NCBI GenBank assembly: GCA_965262915.1
Contig: OZ253564.1
Location: 2,208,001 to 2,272,000, forward strand
From: Candidatus Spongiisociaceae bacterium
GTDB lineage: Bacteria; Actinomycetota; Acidimicrobiia; Spongiisociales; Spongiisociaceae
Direction of reading: 5' to 3'
DNA length: 64,000 bases
Below, piece by piece: positions 38,018 to 48,600 of this stretch. Numbering within the stretch: position 1 is the first letter of the stretch; each line of letters begins with the position of its first letter. The notes under the pieces were generated by a model, which searched no databases, was not told where the DNA came from, and saw nothing but the letters and a program-made list of their open reading frames with translations. Position numbers and translations under genes: made by a program.

Positions 38018-40075
38018 ATGGTGGCGGCGGCCGGCGCTCTTCTCCTGATGGTGGTCGCCTGCGGAAGCGACACCGAGGAGCAGGCGCCTCCCACCACCGC
38101 ATCGCTCTCCACGTCCGGTCCGCCCACCACCCTCTCGACGGTCGACACGACCCTTCCCTCCCCGGTGGAGGACGAGACCGGCGACCCGGCGCCCGTGACG
38201 TCTTCCGAGGACACCGCACCTCCGAGCGCCGTCGTGGAACGGTACGAACCCGAGTTCACACCCGGGAGCTGCCCCTTCCAGCCGCCATCCGGCACCGATC
38301 CCGTGTGCGGGTATCTTTCCGTCCCCGAGAACCGGGAGAATCCAGCCGGGCGGCAGGTCCGGCTGGCCGTGGCGATCTTTCCGGCTCGGTCGACCGAGGC
38401 GTACCCGCCGATCGTCTACCTGGAGGGGGGACCGGGTGGCGAAGCACTCGAAGCGATCCCCTTCACCTACGAGGACCGGTTCTCGTTCCTCGACGCCGAG
38501 CGGACACTCGTCATGTTCGACCAGAGGGGAGTGGGATACTCTGACCCGGCTCTGTCCTGCCACGAGTTGGTGGACCTCGCCTACGAGCTGCTGGACGAGG
38601 ATCTCTCGGCCGAAGAAGTGGTCGCCCGGGAGGTGGCGGTACTCGACCGGTGCCGGGAACGCTGGGTGGATGACGGGACCGATCTCGCCCATTACAACAG
38701 CTCCGCATCGGCGGCCGACGTGGCCGACCTGCGGGTGGCTCTCGGGTACGACGAGTGGGACCTCTACGGGGTCTCCTACGGAACCCGCCTCGCCTTGACC
38801 GTCATGCGGGACCATCCTGAGGGGGTTCGCAGCGTCATCCTCGACTCCACCTATCCGCCTGAGATCGACGGGGTGGCCCTGATCGTCCCCAACGCCGCCC
38901 GCGCTTTCGACGAGCTCTTCGGGGCCTGCGCCTCCGATCCGATGTGCAACTCTACGTACGGCGACCTCGAGTCCCTCCTGTTCAGCCTGGTGGAGCAGCT
39001 GAACGCCTCACCTGCGGAGCTGTGGGTACTCGATTTCCTGAACTTTGGGGGTTATCCGGCCCTGCTGGATGGGGACTCCATGCTGGGCTTGGTGTTCCAG
39101 AGCCTGTATTCGGAGGTCCTCCTCCCGGGGATCCCCAAGTTGATAGCCGATGCCCGGGAGGGCCACTTCTTCAACGCCCAGACGCTGATGTCGTACTTCC
39201 TCACCAACGAGGCCTTCTTCTCGGCCGGGCAGTTCCTGTCGGTCATGTGCCACGAAGAGGTCCCCTTCTCGGATCCCGCCTCGGTGAGGAGTGGTCGGGA
39301 CGAGAACCCTCGTCTGGCACCCCTTGTGGACGGAGCCCTGGTCCAGTCGGAGTACGCCTTCGACTTCTGTTCGGGATGGGGCGCCGGGGTCGCCGATTCC
39401 ATCGAAGCCGAGCCTGTCTCGAGCGACATTCCCACTCTGGTGATGGCCGGCCGCTTCGATCCCATAACCCCGCCGGACTACGGGCGGAGGGTTGCCGATC
39501 GTCTGGACAACCGGTGGTTCGTGGAGTTCCCCACTCTCGGACACGGCGTAGCGGCCGTAGAAGGTTGTCCCCGTTCCGTCACCCTGGCCTTCCTCGCAGA
39601 TCCGCACGCCGCGCCCGACCGATCGTGCGTGGCCGGGATGCCGGCGATCGACTTCGACGTATTCGCTCCCTCCGATGAGGTCGCACTCGTCGAGGACCGG
39701 ATTCTCCAGTACACCGTGCTCGTGCCCGAGGGATGGTCCGGGCAGAACGGTTATTACCAGAGGGGATTGGGCAGCGACGCCACCGCCCTGTTGATAGTTC
39801 CGGGAGCTGCCGGTCTGGGTGATCTGGTCCTCACCGGAGTGGCCCGGGCGTGGACCGGGGTCGGGATCGAGGAGTCGGAGGAAGTCGAGTTCGGGGATCG
39901 GGTCTGGCGCAGGTTCTCGGCGGCTGCGGGCAGCGTGTCGCTGGAGGCCGCCCTCTACGAAGGACGGTCGTCGTCGATCGTCGTCGCCCTGGTCTCGGAT
40001 CCCCGGGAGACCCCCCATCTGGTCGACCAGGTGCTGCTCCCAGCCCTGGAGAGCTTCGGACCGGTCGCTGGCTGA
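38018..40075 (+). CDS. TAP-like alpha/beta hydrolase lipoprotein
   Basis: Lipobox VVAC, GGPGG, DQRGVG, GVSYG nucleophile, DPITP, GH. Confidence 0.85.
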   Translation: MVAAAGALLLMVVACGSDTEEQAPPTTASLSTSGPPTTLSTVDTTLPSPVEDETGDPAPVTSSEDTAPPSAVVERYEPEFTPGSCPFQPPSGTDPVCGYLSVPENRENPAGRQVRLAVAIFPARSTEAYPPIVYLEGGPGGEALEAIPFTYEDRFSFLDAERTLVMFDQRGVGYSDPALSCHELVDLAYELLDEDLSAEEVVAREVAVLDRCRERWVDDGTDLAHYNSSASAADVADLRVALGYDEWDLYGVSYGTRLALTVMRDHPEGVRSVILDSTYPPEIDGVALIVPNAARAFDELFGACASDPMCNSTYGDLESLLFSLVEQLNASPAELWVLDFLNFGGYPALLDGDSMLGLVFQSLYSEVLLPGIPKLIADAREGHFFNAQTLMSYFLTNEAFFSAGQFLSVMCHEEVPFSDPASVRSGRDENPRLAPLVDGALVQSEYAFDFCSGWGAGVADSIEAEPVSSDIPTLVMAGRFDPITPPDYGRRVADRLDNRWFVEFPTLGHGVAAVEGCPRSVTLAFLADPHAAPDRSCVAGMPAIDFDVFAPSDEVALVEDRILQYTVLVPEGWSGQNGYYQRGLGSDATALLIVPGAAGLGDLVLTGVARAWTGVGIEESEEVEFGDRVWRRFSAAAGSVSLEAALYEGRSSSIVVALVSDPRETPHLVDQVLLPALESFGPVAG

Positions 40076-40211
40076 TCAGTTTGCATTCGGTGTGCGTCGC
40101 GTCGGGGTCGCCGCATTGACCGCCGGTGCCATGCCGGGCCGGGCCGAACACGGACCGGGGTTATGCCACGGTTCCGGAGACGAGCCCCCGGACGGAGAAC
40201 CCCGTCCAACC

Positions 40212-41357
40212 ATGTCCACACCCCAACGCTGGAGGCGGAGTTCCCGTCGCGCCGGATACCGGAGATCGGTACTGCTGGCCGTTCTCCTGCTGGCCGCCGC
40301 CGCCTGCGATCTGGGACAGACCGAGCCGGAAGGACCTCCGGACCCGGTGTGCGCGGCGGGCCAGATCGACGGGGAGGTGATCCTGCTGGGTCGACCGGAC
40401 CAGATGTCCCCCGTAGCGATCGATCAGTTCGAGCGGCGATACGGGGTCGATGTGGTGGAACTCTTCTACGAGAGCGAGGACGATCTACTGTCCCGGGTCA
40501 CAGCGGGAGCGGACGCTTTCGATGTCGTCCTGCTCACCGACTACCAGGCCGAGGTCCTCTGGCGCGGGCGGCAACTGTTCCCGCTCGATCCCATCGCGCT
40601 ACCCGGGCGGGTCAACCTCGATCCGAAGTTCGTCCACCCGCCGGATAGTCCGGATGATCCGGACGTGTTCTACTCCATTCCCCTGGTCTGGGGCACGGTG
40701 GGTATCGGATTGAACGTCAACGTGGTGGGAGAGGACGCGGAGCAGAGTTGGGGGTTGGTCTTCGACACCTACCGGGCATGGATCTACGCGGGCCGGGTTT
40801 CCCTGCTCGGAGAGGGCCGCCAGGTACTGGCGGCGGCGATGCTCTACCTCGGATACTCCCCCAACGTGGCCGACCGGATTCCGGTCAGGGAGGCTGTGGA
40901 GCTGGTGGCGAATGCAAGGGCGCATCTGCGCGGCTTCGAGTCCGAGAGGTACGCCCTCGACCTGGTTGAGGGGGTGTTGGACGTAGCCCACGGCAGGTCG
41001 GATGCTTTCGTCGAGGCCCTGCCTCGCCACTCCGGCGACTTCCGATACGTGATTCCCCAGGAAGGGGCCATCATCTGGGTGGACTCCATGGCGGTTCCCA
41101 TCACCTCCCTGCATCCGTGCAGCGCCCATTCGTTCATCGATTTCGTTCTGGAACCGGGGATCGCGGCCGAGGTGGCGAACTATGCCGGGGTGGCGACCCC
41201 GAATACGGCGGCCGGCGAGTACATCCTCCCGGAGTTGGCGGCCAATCCGGGTATATACCCTCCGGCGGAAGTACGTGACCGTCTGGAGATCCTGATCTAC
41301 ACGGAGGAACTCGACAGGCTGTACGCGGAGGAGTTCATCCACCTCGATCCGTCCTGA
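40212..41357 (+). CDS. PotD-like polyamine ABC substrate-binding lipoprotein
   Basis: Lipobox AAAC, FERRYGVDV, WGTVGI, PQEGAIIWVDSMAVP. Confidence 0.85.
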   Translation: MSTPQRWRRSSRRAGYRRSVLLAVLLLAAAACDLGQTEPEGPPDPVCAAGQIDGEVILLGRPDQMSPVAIDQFERRYGVDVVELFYESEDDLLSRVTAGADAFDVVLLTDYQAEVLWRGRQLFPLDPIALPGRVNLDPKFVHPPDSPDDPDVFYSIPLVWGTVGIGLNVNVVGEDAEQSWGLVFDTYRAWIYAGRVSLLGEGRQVLAAAMLYLGYSPNVADRIPVREAVELVANARAHLRGFESERYALDLVEGVLDVAHGRSDAFVEALPRHSGDFRYVIPQEGAIIWVDSMAVPITSLHPCSAHSFIDFVLEPGIAAEVANYAGVATPNTAAGEYILPELAANPGIYPPAEVRDRLEILIYTEELDRLYAEEFIHLDPS

Positions 41358-41403
41358 CCCCCGCGGCCATCGGGACTCGGCCGCCGACGGGTATGCTGAC
41401 CGG

Positions 41404-42159
41404 GTGGTCGCCACGGTTCCCAAGCTTCGAGCCGCCCTCAAGAATCGCGCTCCCAACCTGGCGGTCGAGCGCAGGCTGTGGGAGGCGGGGAACGGTGTTG
41501 TGGTGGGGGTCGACGAGGTGGGTAGGGGAGCGTGGGCGGGACCGCTGACCGTAGGCGCAGCGGTGGTCCCGAAGGACCGGCGCATCTACAAGCTGCGCGA
41601 TTCGAAGATGCTGACGGAGGCCGAGCGGGAGGCAATCTTCGAGCGGGTGGCGGGCTGGTGTACGCACTGGGCGGTCGGGCATGCCGGCCACGACGAGTGC
41701 GACCGGCTCGGGATGTCGGAGGCGCAGCGCCTAGCGGCCCGGCGGGCGCTGGACGGCCTGGGCGTCGCACCCGACCGGGTCCTCGTCGACGGCAGGTGGG
41801 ACTTCGTCGGTGGTGGCCGCACGATCCGCCTGGTAGGAGGCGACGCCACGTCGGTCTCCATTTCGGCTGCCTCGATACTGGCCAAAGTGGTTCGCGACCG
41901 GATCATGCGGTCGCTCTCCGCCGACTACCCGAACTACGGGTTCGAGTCCAACAAGGGTTATCCCTGCCCCCGGCACAAAGCGGCCCTGCACGCCTGGGGT
42001 CCATCGTGCATCCATCGCCGCAGCTGGGTGTTCATGGACTACCTACCCTGGACCGGGATCCCCCGCTACATCCGGCCGGAGCCCCAGGGCGTCCTATTCG
42101 ACGAGCCGGAGGGAGGTGGCCGGCCCGTGGATCGTGTAGCCGACTCGGGAGGCAGGTAA
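41404..42159 (+). CDS. rnhB: Ribonuclease HII
   Basis: GVDEVGRGAWAGP, DSK, DG, AASILAKVVRD, NKGY. Confidence 0.95.
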   Translation: MVATVPKLRAALKNRAPNLAVERRLWEAGNGVVVGVDEVGRGAWAGPLTVGAAVVPKDRRIYKLRDSKMLTEAEREAIFERVAGWCTHWAVGHAGHDECDRLGMSEAQRLAARRALDGLGVAPDRVLVDGRWDFVGGGRTIRLVGGDATSVSISAASILAKVVRDRIMRSLSADYPNYGFESNKGYPCPRHKAALHAWGPSCIHRRSWVFMDYLPWTGIPRYIRPEPQGVLFDEPEGGGRPVDRVADSGGR

Positions 42160-42166
42160 CGGGGGG

Positions 42167-42988
42167 TCACCCGTCACCGGCAACCGGGTGTCGGTTCTCG
42201 TCCACGAAGGCGGCAATGGCGTCGATCACGGGATCGGGCTGCTCCGTCATCATTGTGTGACCGGCGCCTTCGATCATCATCTCTCGCACATCCTCCAGGT
42301 TGTGGCGGAGCGGCTCGGCGGCTCGACGCGCGGTCATCACATCCAACGATCCGCTGATCAGCAGGGAAGGACAGCCGACCCTGGCGGCGGCCTCGGCGCC
42401 TCCCCGGTAGTTGTTGCAGGCGTGCAGATCCGTGGCGAGCACACCCGGCCGTGACCGTTCCCACAGCCGGATGGTCGACCCCATCATCCACACCCCAGGA
42501 GTCTGGTGCCCGCCGAGATGGGAGCGCCGTCCATGGCTCCAAGAGGCCAGCAGCTCGTAGGCGATGTGGTCGCCCGCCTCGGCGGCCGCCAGGAGGGCCG
42601 GATGAACGGGGATCGATGCGGCTCCGCCCACCATGGTCAGGGTGGATGCGATGCCCGGGTGCCGGGCCGCGGTTTCCAGGGCGATCAGACTGCCCATCGA
42701 GTGGCCCACCAGATGGGCAGTCCCGTAACCGGCTGTTACCACCAGGCTCGCCACCCAGTCGGCGTACCTCTCGATCGAGCAGAGAGGGGTTCCCTCCGAC
42801 CCTCCGTGGCCGGGAAGATCGACGGCCAGGACCGAGAAACCGTGGTGGGAGAAGTAGCGGGTCTGGAGCTGCCACGCGGTCTTGTCAAGACCGGAGCCGT
42901 GCAGGAACACCATCAGCGGCTTCCCGCGATCCACAGGACGACCGCCGGTCGTGGCGGAAACGGCGGCGCCGTCGACCGTGAGCCGCAC
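42167..42988 (-). CDS. Alpha/beta hydrolase
   Basis: FLHGSG, DLPGHG, GHSMG, GAGH; directly downstream of the sulfhydrylase. Confidence 0.9.
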   Translation of the reverse strand: MRLTVDGAAVSATTGGRPVDRGKPLMVFLHGSGLDKTAWQLQTRYFSHHGFSVLAVDLPGHGGSEGTPLCSIERYADWVASLVVTAGYGTAHLVGHSMGSLIALETAARHPGIASTLTMVGGAASIPVHPALLAAAEAGDHIAYELLASWSHGRRSHLGGHQTPGVWMMGSTIRLWERSRPGVLATDLHACNNYRGGAEAAARVGCPSLLISGSLDVMTARRAAEPLRHNLEDVREMMIEGAGHTMMTEQPDPVIDAIAAFVDENRHPVAGDG

Positions 42989-42993
42989 GCTTC

Positions 42994-44286
42994 CTACCTC
43001 CTCGAGGCCCGCAGGGCAGCGGCGAGATCTCCGATCAGATCGGAGGGGTCCTCCAACCCGACCGAGAGGCGGATCAGGTCCTCGCCCACTCCGGCCCTCT
43101 CCAGTTGTCCGGCGTCCATGGTGGAATGGGTGGTGGAGGCCGGGTGGATGACCAAGGATTTCGCGTCACCCACGTTGGCGAGATGGGAGAAAACCTGCAG
43201 GCGTTCGATGAACCGTCTACCGGCTTCCCGGCCGCCCTCGATCCCGAAGGCGAAGATCGCTCCGCACCCGTCGGGCATCAATCGTGCCGCCCGATCATGG
43301 TCGGGATGGTCGGGCAGCTCCGGATAGCTGATCCAGGCCACCTCGGGTCGTCCGTCCAGGAACTCGACGACCTGGCGCGTGTTCTCGATGTGCTTCTGCA
43401 TCCGGATCGACAGCGTCTCGGTGCCCTGCAGGATGTAGAAGGCGTTCTGGGGAGCCAGCGGCGCCCCGAAGTCCCGCAGCCCCTCCACTCGAGCCCGGAT
43501 GATGAAGGCCTGTGTACCGAACTCCTCGGTGAACCGCAGGCCGTGGTAGCTGGGATAGGGTTCGGTAAGGGTCGGGAAACGTCCGGAGGCCTCCCAGTCG
43601 AACGTTCCGCCGTCGATCAGCGCTCCGCCGATCGCCACCCCGTGCCCACCGATGAACTTGGTGATCGAGTGATAGATCAGATCCACGCCCCACTCGAACG
43701 GTCTGAACAGGTAAGGAGTGGCGAACGTGTTGTCGAGCATGAAGGGCACCCCGGCTTCATGGGCGATCTCGGCCACCGCTGCCACGTCCATGATCTCCAG
43801 GCCGGGATTCCCCAGGGTCTCGCCGAACACCAGGCAGGTCTCGGGACGTATTGCCTCCCGGAAGCCGTCCGTGTCCCTCGGATGCACGAACGTGGTGGTG
43901 ATCCCGAAGCGGGGGAGGGTGATGGCCAACAGGTTGTTGGACCCTCCGTAGAGCGAGGAGGACGAAACGATGTGGCCCCCGCTGCCCATCAGGGTGGCGA
44001 TCCCCAGGAACATGGCGGACATGCCCGATGCGGTGGCGATGGCCCCCACCCCTCCTTCCAGCGCCGCCAGCCGCTCCTCGAGGGCCGCCACGGTCGGGTT
44101 GGAGATCCGGCTGTAGATGTGCCCCTGCCGTTCCAGGTTGAACAGCCCGGCCGCGTGCTCGACATCCCGGAACACGTAGGAAGTGGTCTGGTAGATCGGA
44201 ATAGCCCTCGCCCCGAAGTCCGAGTCCGGATGGTGCCCGGCGTGGACGCTGAGCGTGTCGAACTTGAGGAATCTGGGATCAACCAT
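42994..44286 (-). CDS. metY: O-acetylhomoserine sulfhydrylase (aminocarboxypropyltransferase)
   Basis: PIYQTTSY, YSRISNPT, DNTFATPY, HSITKFIGGHG, LANVGDAKSL. Confidence 0.9.
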   Translation of the reverse strand: MVDPRFLKFDTLSVHAGHHPDSDFGARAIPIYQTTSYVFRDVEHAAGLFNLERQGHIYSRISNPTVAALEERLAALEGGVGAIATASGMSAMFLGIATLMGSGGHIVSSSSLYGGSNNLLAITLPRFGITTTFVHPRDTDGFREAIRPETCLVFGETLGNPGLEIMDVAAVAEIAHEAGVPFMLDNTFATPYLFRPFEWGVDLIYHSITKFIGGHGVAIGGALIDGGTFDWEASGRFPTLTEPYPSYHGLRFTEEFGTQAFIIRARVEGLRDFGAPLAPQNAFYILQGTETLSIRMQKHIENTRQVVEFLDGRPEVAWISYPELPDHPDHDRAARLMPDGCGAIFAFGIEGGREAGRRFIERLQVFSHLANVGDAKSLVIHPASTTHSTMDAGQLERAGVGEDLIRLSVGLEDPSDLIGDLAAALRASRR

Positions 44287-44402
44287 GAGGCTCCTAGGCG
44301 CGAGCGCTAGCCTAGCCACCGGTCAGACCAGCGAGTGAACCGGCGACTTATATCGAGTCGTGGCTGTCACCCAGATTGTGGACTATCACCGAGAGACGAG
44401 GC

Positions 44403-44681
44403 ATGAGCACCACAGCCACGGCGCCGGGGGACAATGAACCCTTGCCCACCGAGGCGAGTCAACCTCAAAGATCGATCGAGCGGACATTCGCGGCCGGCGT
44501 GTGGCAGGAAGGCGAGTGGTACGTGGCCCAAGCGCTGCAGATCGACGTAGCAAGTCAGGGAGAGACGGTCGAGAGCGCCCTCACCAACCTCCGCGAGGCC
44601 CTGGAGCTTCACTTCGAGCCGCCCACTCCCACCGTATCTCCGCAGGTTCACAGCATCCGCGTGAAGGTTGCCGCGGCATAG
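44403..44681 (+). CDS. hicB: HicB family antitoxin
   Basis: WQEGEWYVAQ...VASQGETVESALTNLREALELHFE. Confidence 0.85.
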   Translation: MSTTATAPGDNEPLPTEASQPQRSIERTFAAGVWQEGEWYVAQALQIDVASQGETVESALTNLREALELHFEPPTPTVSPQVHSIRVKVAAA

Positions 44682-44766
44682 GCCACTCCCGCATCGTGAA
44701 GTCGAGCGTAGGTTGTGAGCGGCAGGATTCGAAAAGGACCGCCAACGAGGAAGCCACCGCAAGCTT
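44668..44766 (+). pseudogene. hicA: HicA toxin remnant
   Basis: Manual translation LPRHRPLPHREVERRL*AAGFEKDRQRGSHRK; in-frame TGA at 44716 before the GSH motif. Confidence 0.7.
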
Positions 44767-44944
44767 GGACCGTCAACACAACTCATCCCAAGACGCTGGA
44801 CTCAACGTTGAGCCCCCCGGGGGTAGTCGTAGGCGGCCACGTCCGGCGCGCGTCGACCTCGAGACGGATCTCGTCTCGGTCCTCCCTAGGGATCCGATCG
44901 ACCCGGCCGGATTCTTCACAATTTCTGCTATCTTCATAGTCGTT

Positions 44945-45994
44945 GTGAAGAAGGATCCATTAGTAAAGATAGAAGGTAGGTTCACAGCCGAAGCCTTGCG
45001 GATCTTGCGCGCGATCCCTGGTATCGATGTTGATGTTATCGCAGAGCCGGCCGGCTTCGACCGTGGCGTCGACGCGCTCGTGAGGTTCGCAGGGACCGAG
45101 GCATGTGTCGCGATCGAGTTCAAGACTCGTGCCAACGCCGCGACCGCTTGGCACCTCGTCAACATCGCCCGGTTTCGTCCCGAGCTTCCATTGGTGCTCA
45201 TCACCGCCGAAACCACGGCCGACGCTCGGCGGATTCTCTCGGAGCATGACATCGCGTTCATTGATGGGCTCGGCAACGTACACATCGAACTGCCGGGACT
45301 GCTCTTTCACGTCACGGGGACCGGCCGGCCGACCCGCGCCCCGGCGCCGAGCCGCCTAGCGGGCAAAGCCGGCCTGGTCGCCCAAGCCCTACTGCTAGAT
45401 CCCGAGAGGGCATGGCGGATCAAAGACCTCGCGGAACAGACCGCCGTCTCGAGCGGCCTGACTCACCGCGTGCTGGCACGCCTCGAAGTTGAAGGCATCG
45501 TCAGCACCAAGGGTGCCGGTCCCCACCGGACGCGCCACGTCACGGATCCCACCGCGCTGCTGGATCTGTGGACCGAGGAAAACGTCGACAAACCAGTCCG
45601 CACCCGCGGCTACCTGCTGGCCCAGACGCCCCGGCAACTCATCACCGGACTCGGCGAGCGCCTCGACGGCGCCGGTATTGATTATGCGCTGACCGGATCC
45701 GCCGCCGCCAGCATCGTCGCGCCCTTCGTGACCACTATCACCGTCACCGAGGTATGGGTTGCCGCGGCAACCGACCCCCTAGAGTTCTTCGAGCGTACGC
45801 CGGTGACCCCGGTCACCGAGGGCCACAACGTCACGTTCCTGCAGGCCGGTACCGACGCACCGCTAGCTTTTCGCCAACGATCCGGTGGTCTTTGGATCGT
45901 CAACCGGTTCCGGCTCTACGCCGATCTCCGACGTGACATGCGCCGCGGGGTCGAGCAAGCGGATCATCTACGACGAGAGGTCATGAGGTTCTGA
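44945..45994 (+). CDS. AbiEi-like type IV antitoxin / winged-helix regulator
   Basis: FIDGLGN, HTH (IKDLAEQTAVSSGLTHRVL), YALTGSAAA, LYADL..RGVEQA; start uncertain. Confidence 0.75.
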   Translation: MKKDPLVKIEGRFTAEALRILRAIPGIDVDVIAEPAGFDRGVDALVRFAGTEACVAIEFKTRANAATAWHLVNIARFRPELPLVLITAETTADARRILSEHDIAFIDGLGNVHIELPGLLFHVTGTGRPTRAPAPSRLAGKAGLVAQALLLDPERAWRIKDLAEQTAVSSGLTHRVLARLEVEGIVSTKGAGPHRTRHVTDPTALLDLWTEENVDKPVRTRGYLLAQTPRQLITGLGERLDGAGIDYALTGSAAASIVAPFVTTITVTEVWVAAATDPLEFFERTPVTPVTEGHNVTFLQAGTDAPLAFRQRSGGLWIVNRFRLYADLRRDMRRGVEQADHLRREVMRF

Positions 45995-46847
45995 TGCGCG
46001 ACCACCACACCGCCTACGACCATTACGTAACAGCCCGCTGCGAAAGAGTATTGCTCACACTTCTCGGCGACGTGGGCCCTTGGAGCGAGCGCATCTACCT
46101 CGCCGGCGGCCTCGCACCCCGCTACGTCGTCGGTCGGCTCCCCGCTGGAGCCAGAGCACATGTCGGCACTACTGATGTGGACCTGATCATCGGACTCGCC
46201 CTTGGCGACGAAGCTCCAGAGACCTACCGCACTCTCCACAACAATCTCAACAGAGCAGGCTTCAAACAGACCAAACCCAGTTTTCGATGGTCCCGAACGG
46301 TCGATGATGCCGGTGTCTACGTCGAATTCCTCTGCGAGACCGATCAGGTCGACCCGGGAGCCATCTACCGCCCGAAAGGAGGCACGGGCTCCAAGGTCGA
46401 CGCCTTCAACGTCCGCGGTGCCCAACTCGTCACGCGGGACTACATCGAACGCGCGATCGAAGGAGACCGACTCGACACGGCGGCCGCTCCACGGTGACAG
46501 TTCGCGTCGCCGGGCTGCTCCCTTACACGGTTCTGAAGATTCTCGCGTTCCAGGACCGCCACGAGAACAAGGACGCCTACGACCTCGTCTTTGTGATCGT
46601 CAACTACGCCGGCGGCCCAACCGCAGCCGGACGTGCTAGTGCTGCCAGCCCGATTGCCGGCCACCCCCAAGTCACCGAGGCTATCGACCTCCTCTTCGCA
46701 CGCTTCGCCGACGCAGACCACGACGGACCCCACGCCTACGCATCGTTCTTGGCGGACCCTGACGACGACGAGGCCAAGGCCCGGCTCCGCAACGAAGCCG
46801 TTGCAGCAATCGACCAGTACCTCGCCGGCTTCCAGGCGCAGATGTAA
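45994..46847 (+). pseudogene. AbiEii-like nucleotidyltransferase toxin, split by a frameshift near 46477
   Basis: LAGGLAP, GTTDVDL in ORF1; LKILAF..KDAYDL in ORF2; reading across gives DRLD-GGRSTVTVRVA. Confidence 0.7.
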
Positions 46848-46856
46848 ACGCGGACA

Positions 46857-47060
46857 ATGGACAGCACAGGACACGCACTAGTCATCCTCGGCGCTGTGGT
46901 AGCGGTCGCTTCGCTTTCGCTAAGAATACGGGCGGATAAGCGAGCAGAACCGAAGGAGCGTCGTCAAGACCCGCTCCTGTTGTCTTTGCGCCTGCGCGAC
47001 GCAGCCACCGAACTCGTCGGCGATGCCAATATAGGATCTGGAGGTTCTCGCTGCTCGTGA
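46857..47060 (+). CDS. Small hypothetical membrane protein
   Basis: ATG 10 nt after the preceding stop; hydrophobic N-terminus. Confidence 0.3.
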   Translation: MDSTGHALVILGAVVAVASLSLRIRADKRAEPKERRQDPLLLSLRLRDAATELVGDANIGSGGSRCS

Positions 47061-47131
47061 CCAATCAGTCCGATTGCGAGAACTCTGTCGTCCACGCCCG
47101 ATGCCGAATCTCGTACCGAACGTCCGGTAGC

Positions 47132-47176
47132 CACACCCGTAACGTTCACACCCGTAACGTTGACATCTGTAACGTT
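47132..47176. repeat. 15-bp tandem repeat x3
   Basis: cacacccgtaacgtt, cacacccgtaacgtt, gacatctgtaacgtt. Confidence 0.8.
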
Positions 47177-47310
47177 GACGTCCCTGTTTACGCAGGCCAT
47201 GGCGACAATCTCTGTGTGCGTGTTGGTTAACGCAAAGGATCGTGGACCGTATCCGTGATTTGTTCGGACGGTTCGCCTGTCGGGTGACGCCACTACCCAC
47301 CCACGTCTGA

Positions 47311-48594
47311 TCACGGGGCAGGGCCGTCGCGGGGGTGGGTTTGGTAGCCGTCGGGGGTTCGTCGGACTACGAGGTTGCTGGTTTCGAGCCATTTGTGGTG
47401 GCGGCGGCAGGCGGCGACGAGGTTGGCGATGTCGGTGCGTCCTCGGTCGCGATGCCATTCCTCCATGTGGTGGAGTTCGCATCGGTGCATGGGAGCGCAG
47501 CATTCGAAACATCCCCCGTCCCTAACGGTCACCGCCAGGCGTTGGGCGGCGTTCGCCAGGCGCTGCTTGCGGCCTAGCCAAAGGGGACGGCCCATCCGGT
47601 CGAAGACCATCCCCGCCAACTCGGTGTCCGGGCTGAGCGTTTCGAGTATCCGGCGGGGTACGGGGCCGACTCCGACGATCTCGCAGTGCCCGTTGGGGTT
47701 GGTGCCGTCGACCACGCCGTACGGAGCGACGAGGATGACCTGGGTGGAGGCCTTGGCCTTCACGCCAACGGTCTCGCCTATGAACTCGCCGGTGACCGCA
47801 TCGCGGTTGGTGAGCAACTCGAACACCACATCAACGAGACGCTGCTTCGGGGTACGGATTTCATCCGGGTCGCGGTCGTCGGCGCCGTCTCGGCGTAGGT
47901 GACGCATGTAGTGGCTGTCCACGGCTTGGCGGACGTGTTCGAGCTGGGGGCCGGGGAGTTTGGCCATGAGCACTCCGAGCCCTGTGTCCTTCTCCACCCA
48001 GAGTTTGGCTTCTCGGGCCCGCCGCTGACGTTCGAGAGGGTCTACGCCCGCTTCGATCAGCTTCTGGTTGGACCATTTCCGGGTGTGCCGGTCGAAGCTA
48101 TCGGGCAGGAGTTGGTCGGCAGCCTCGATCAGGCTGTCGTCGGCTTCCACAGCTTCGGGACCGACCTTCTCCGCGGCGTTTGCGAGAGCGTTGACGTGAT
48201 CTGCGGTGATTTCACCGGTCGCGAACCGCTCCCTGACTTTGGGCATTTCCGAGAGCTGGCGTGCTACCTTGGCTATCCGCTTGGATTCGCGCCCGGGTAG
48301 CCGCGCTCCCTGCCGCAATACCTCCGCCGGGTCGGTGTCGGAGTCCGAAGCAGACACCTGGCGGGTCACATCGCACATCAGGGACGTGACCACCGATTGC
48401 ATCTGGCCTAACAACCCGAGAGTCCGGTCTGCGTCGGGCCGGGACATCGGACCGATCTCGACTTGGTTCAACTCCCCGAGCGCGGCAGTGATCCGATCGG
48501 CTGGGTCGCTGTGGGAGCCATTCGACGCCTCGAGGGTTGCGCCGCCGACGCCGACGCTGTCTCCGAAGAGAGCGAACACATGTTCGTTGTCCAT
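47311..48594 (-). CDS. DUF222 / HNH endonuclease (13E12-repeat-like)
   Basis: PLWLGRKQRLA..QRLAVTVRDGGC..C..CELHH..W..GRTDIANL..CRRHH. Confidence 0.9.
   Translation of the reverse strand: MDNEHVFALFGDSVGVGGATLEASNGSHSDPADRITAALGELNQVEIGPMSRPDADRTLGLLGQMQSVVTSLMCDVTRQVSASDSDTDPAEVLRQGARLPGRESKRIAKVARQLSEMPKVRERFATGEITADHVNALANAAEKVGPEAVEADDSLIEAADQLLPDSFDRHTRKWSNQKLIEAGVDPLERQRRAREAKLWVEKDTGLGVLMAKLPGPQLEHVRQAVDSHYMRHLRRDGADDRDPDEIRTPKQRLVDVVFELLTNRDAVTGEFIGETVGVKAKASTQVILVAPYGVVDGTNPNGHCEIVGVGPVPRRILETLSPDTELAGMVFDRMGRPLWLGRKQRLANAAQRLAVTVRDGGCFECCAPMHRCELHHMEEWHRDRGRTDIANLVAACRRHHKWLETSNLVVRRTPDGYQTHPRDGPAP
48573..48586. promoter_or_regulatory. LexA SOS box inside the 5' end of the DUF222/HNH gene
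   Basis: CGAAC-ACAT-GTTCG. Confidence 0.8.
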
Positions 48595-48600
48595 GATGTA

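Noticed and set aside
44287-44402. SAM riboswitch upstream of metY
   Set aside because: No SAM-I/IV core motifs seen in the short spacer.
46494-46847. Independent gene after the nucleotidyltransferase
   Set aside because: Its LK..KDAYD motif belongs to the same toxin family; a one-base shift joins the two ORFs.
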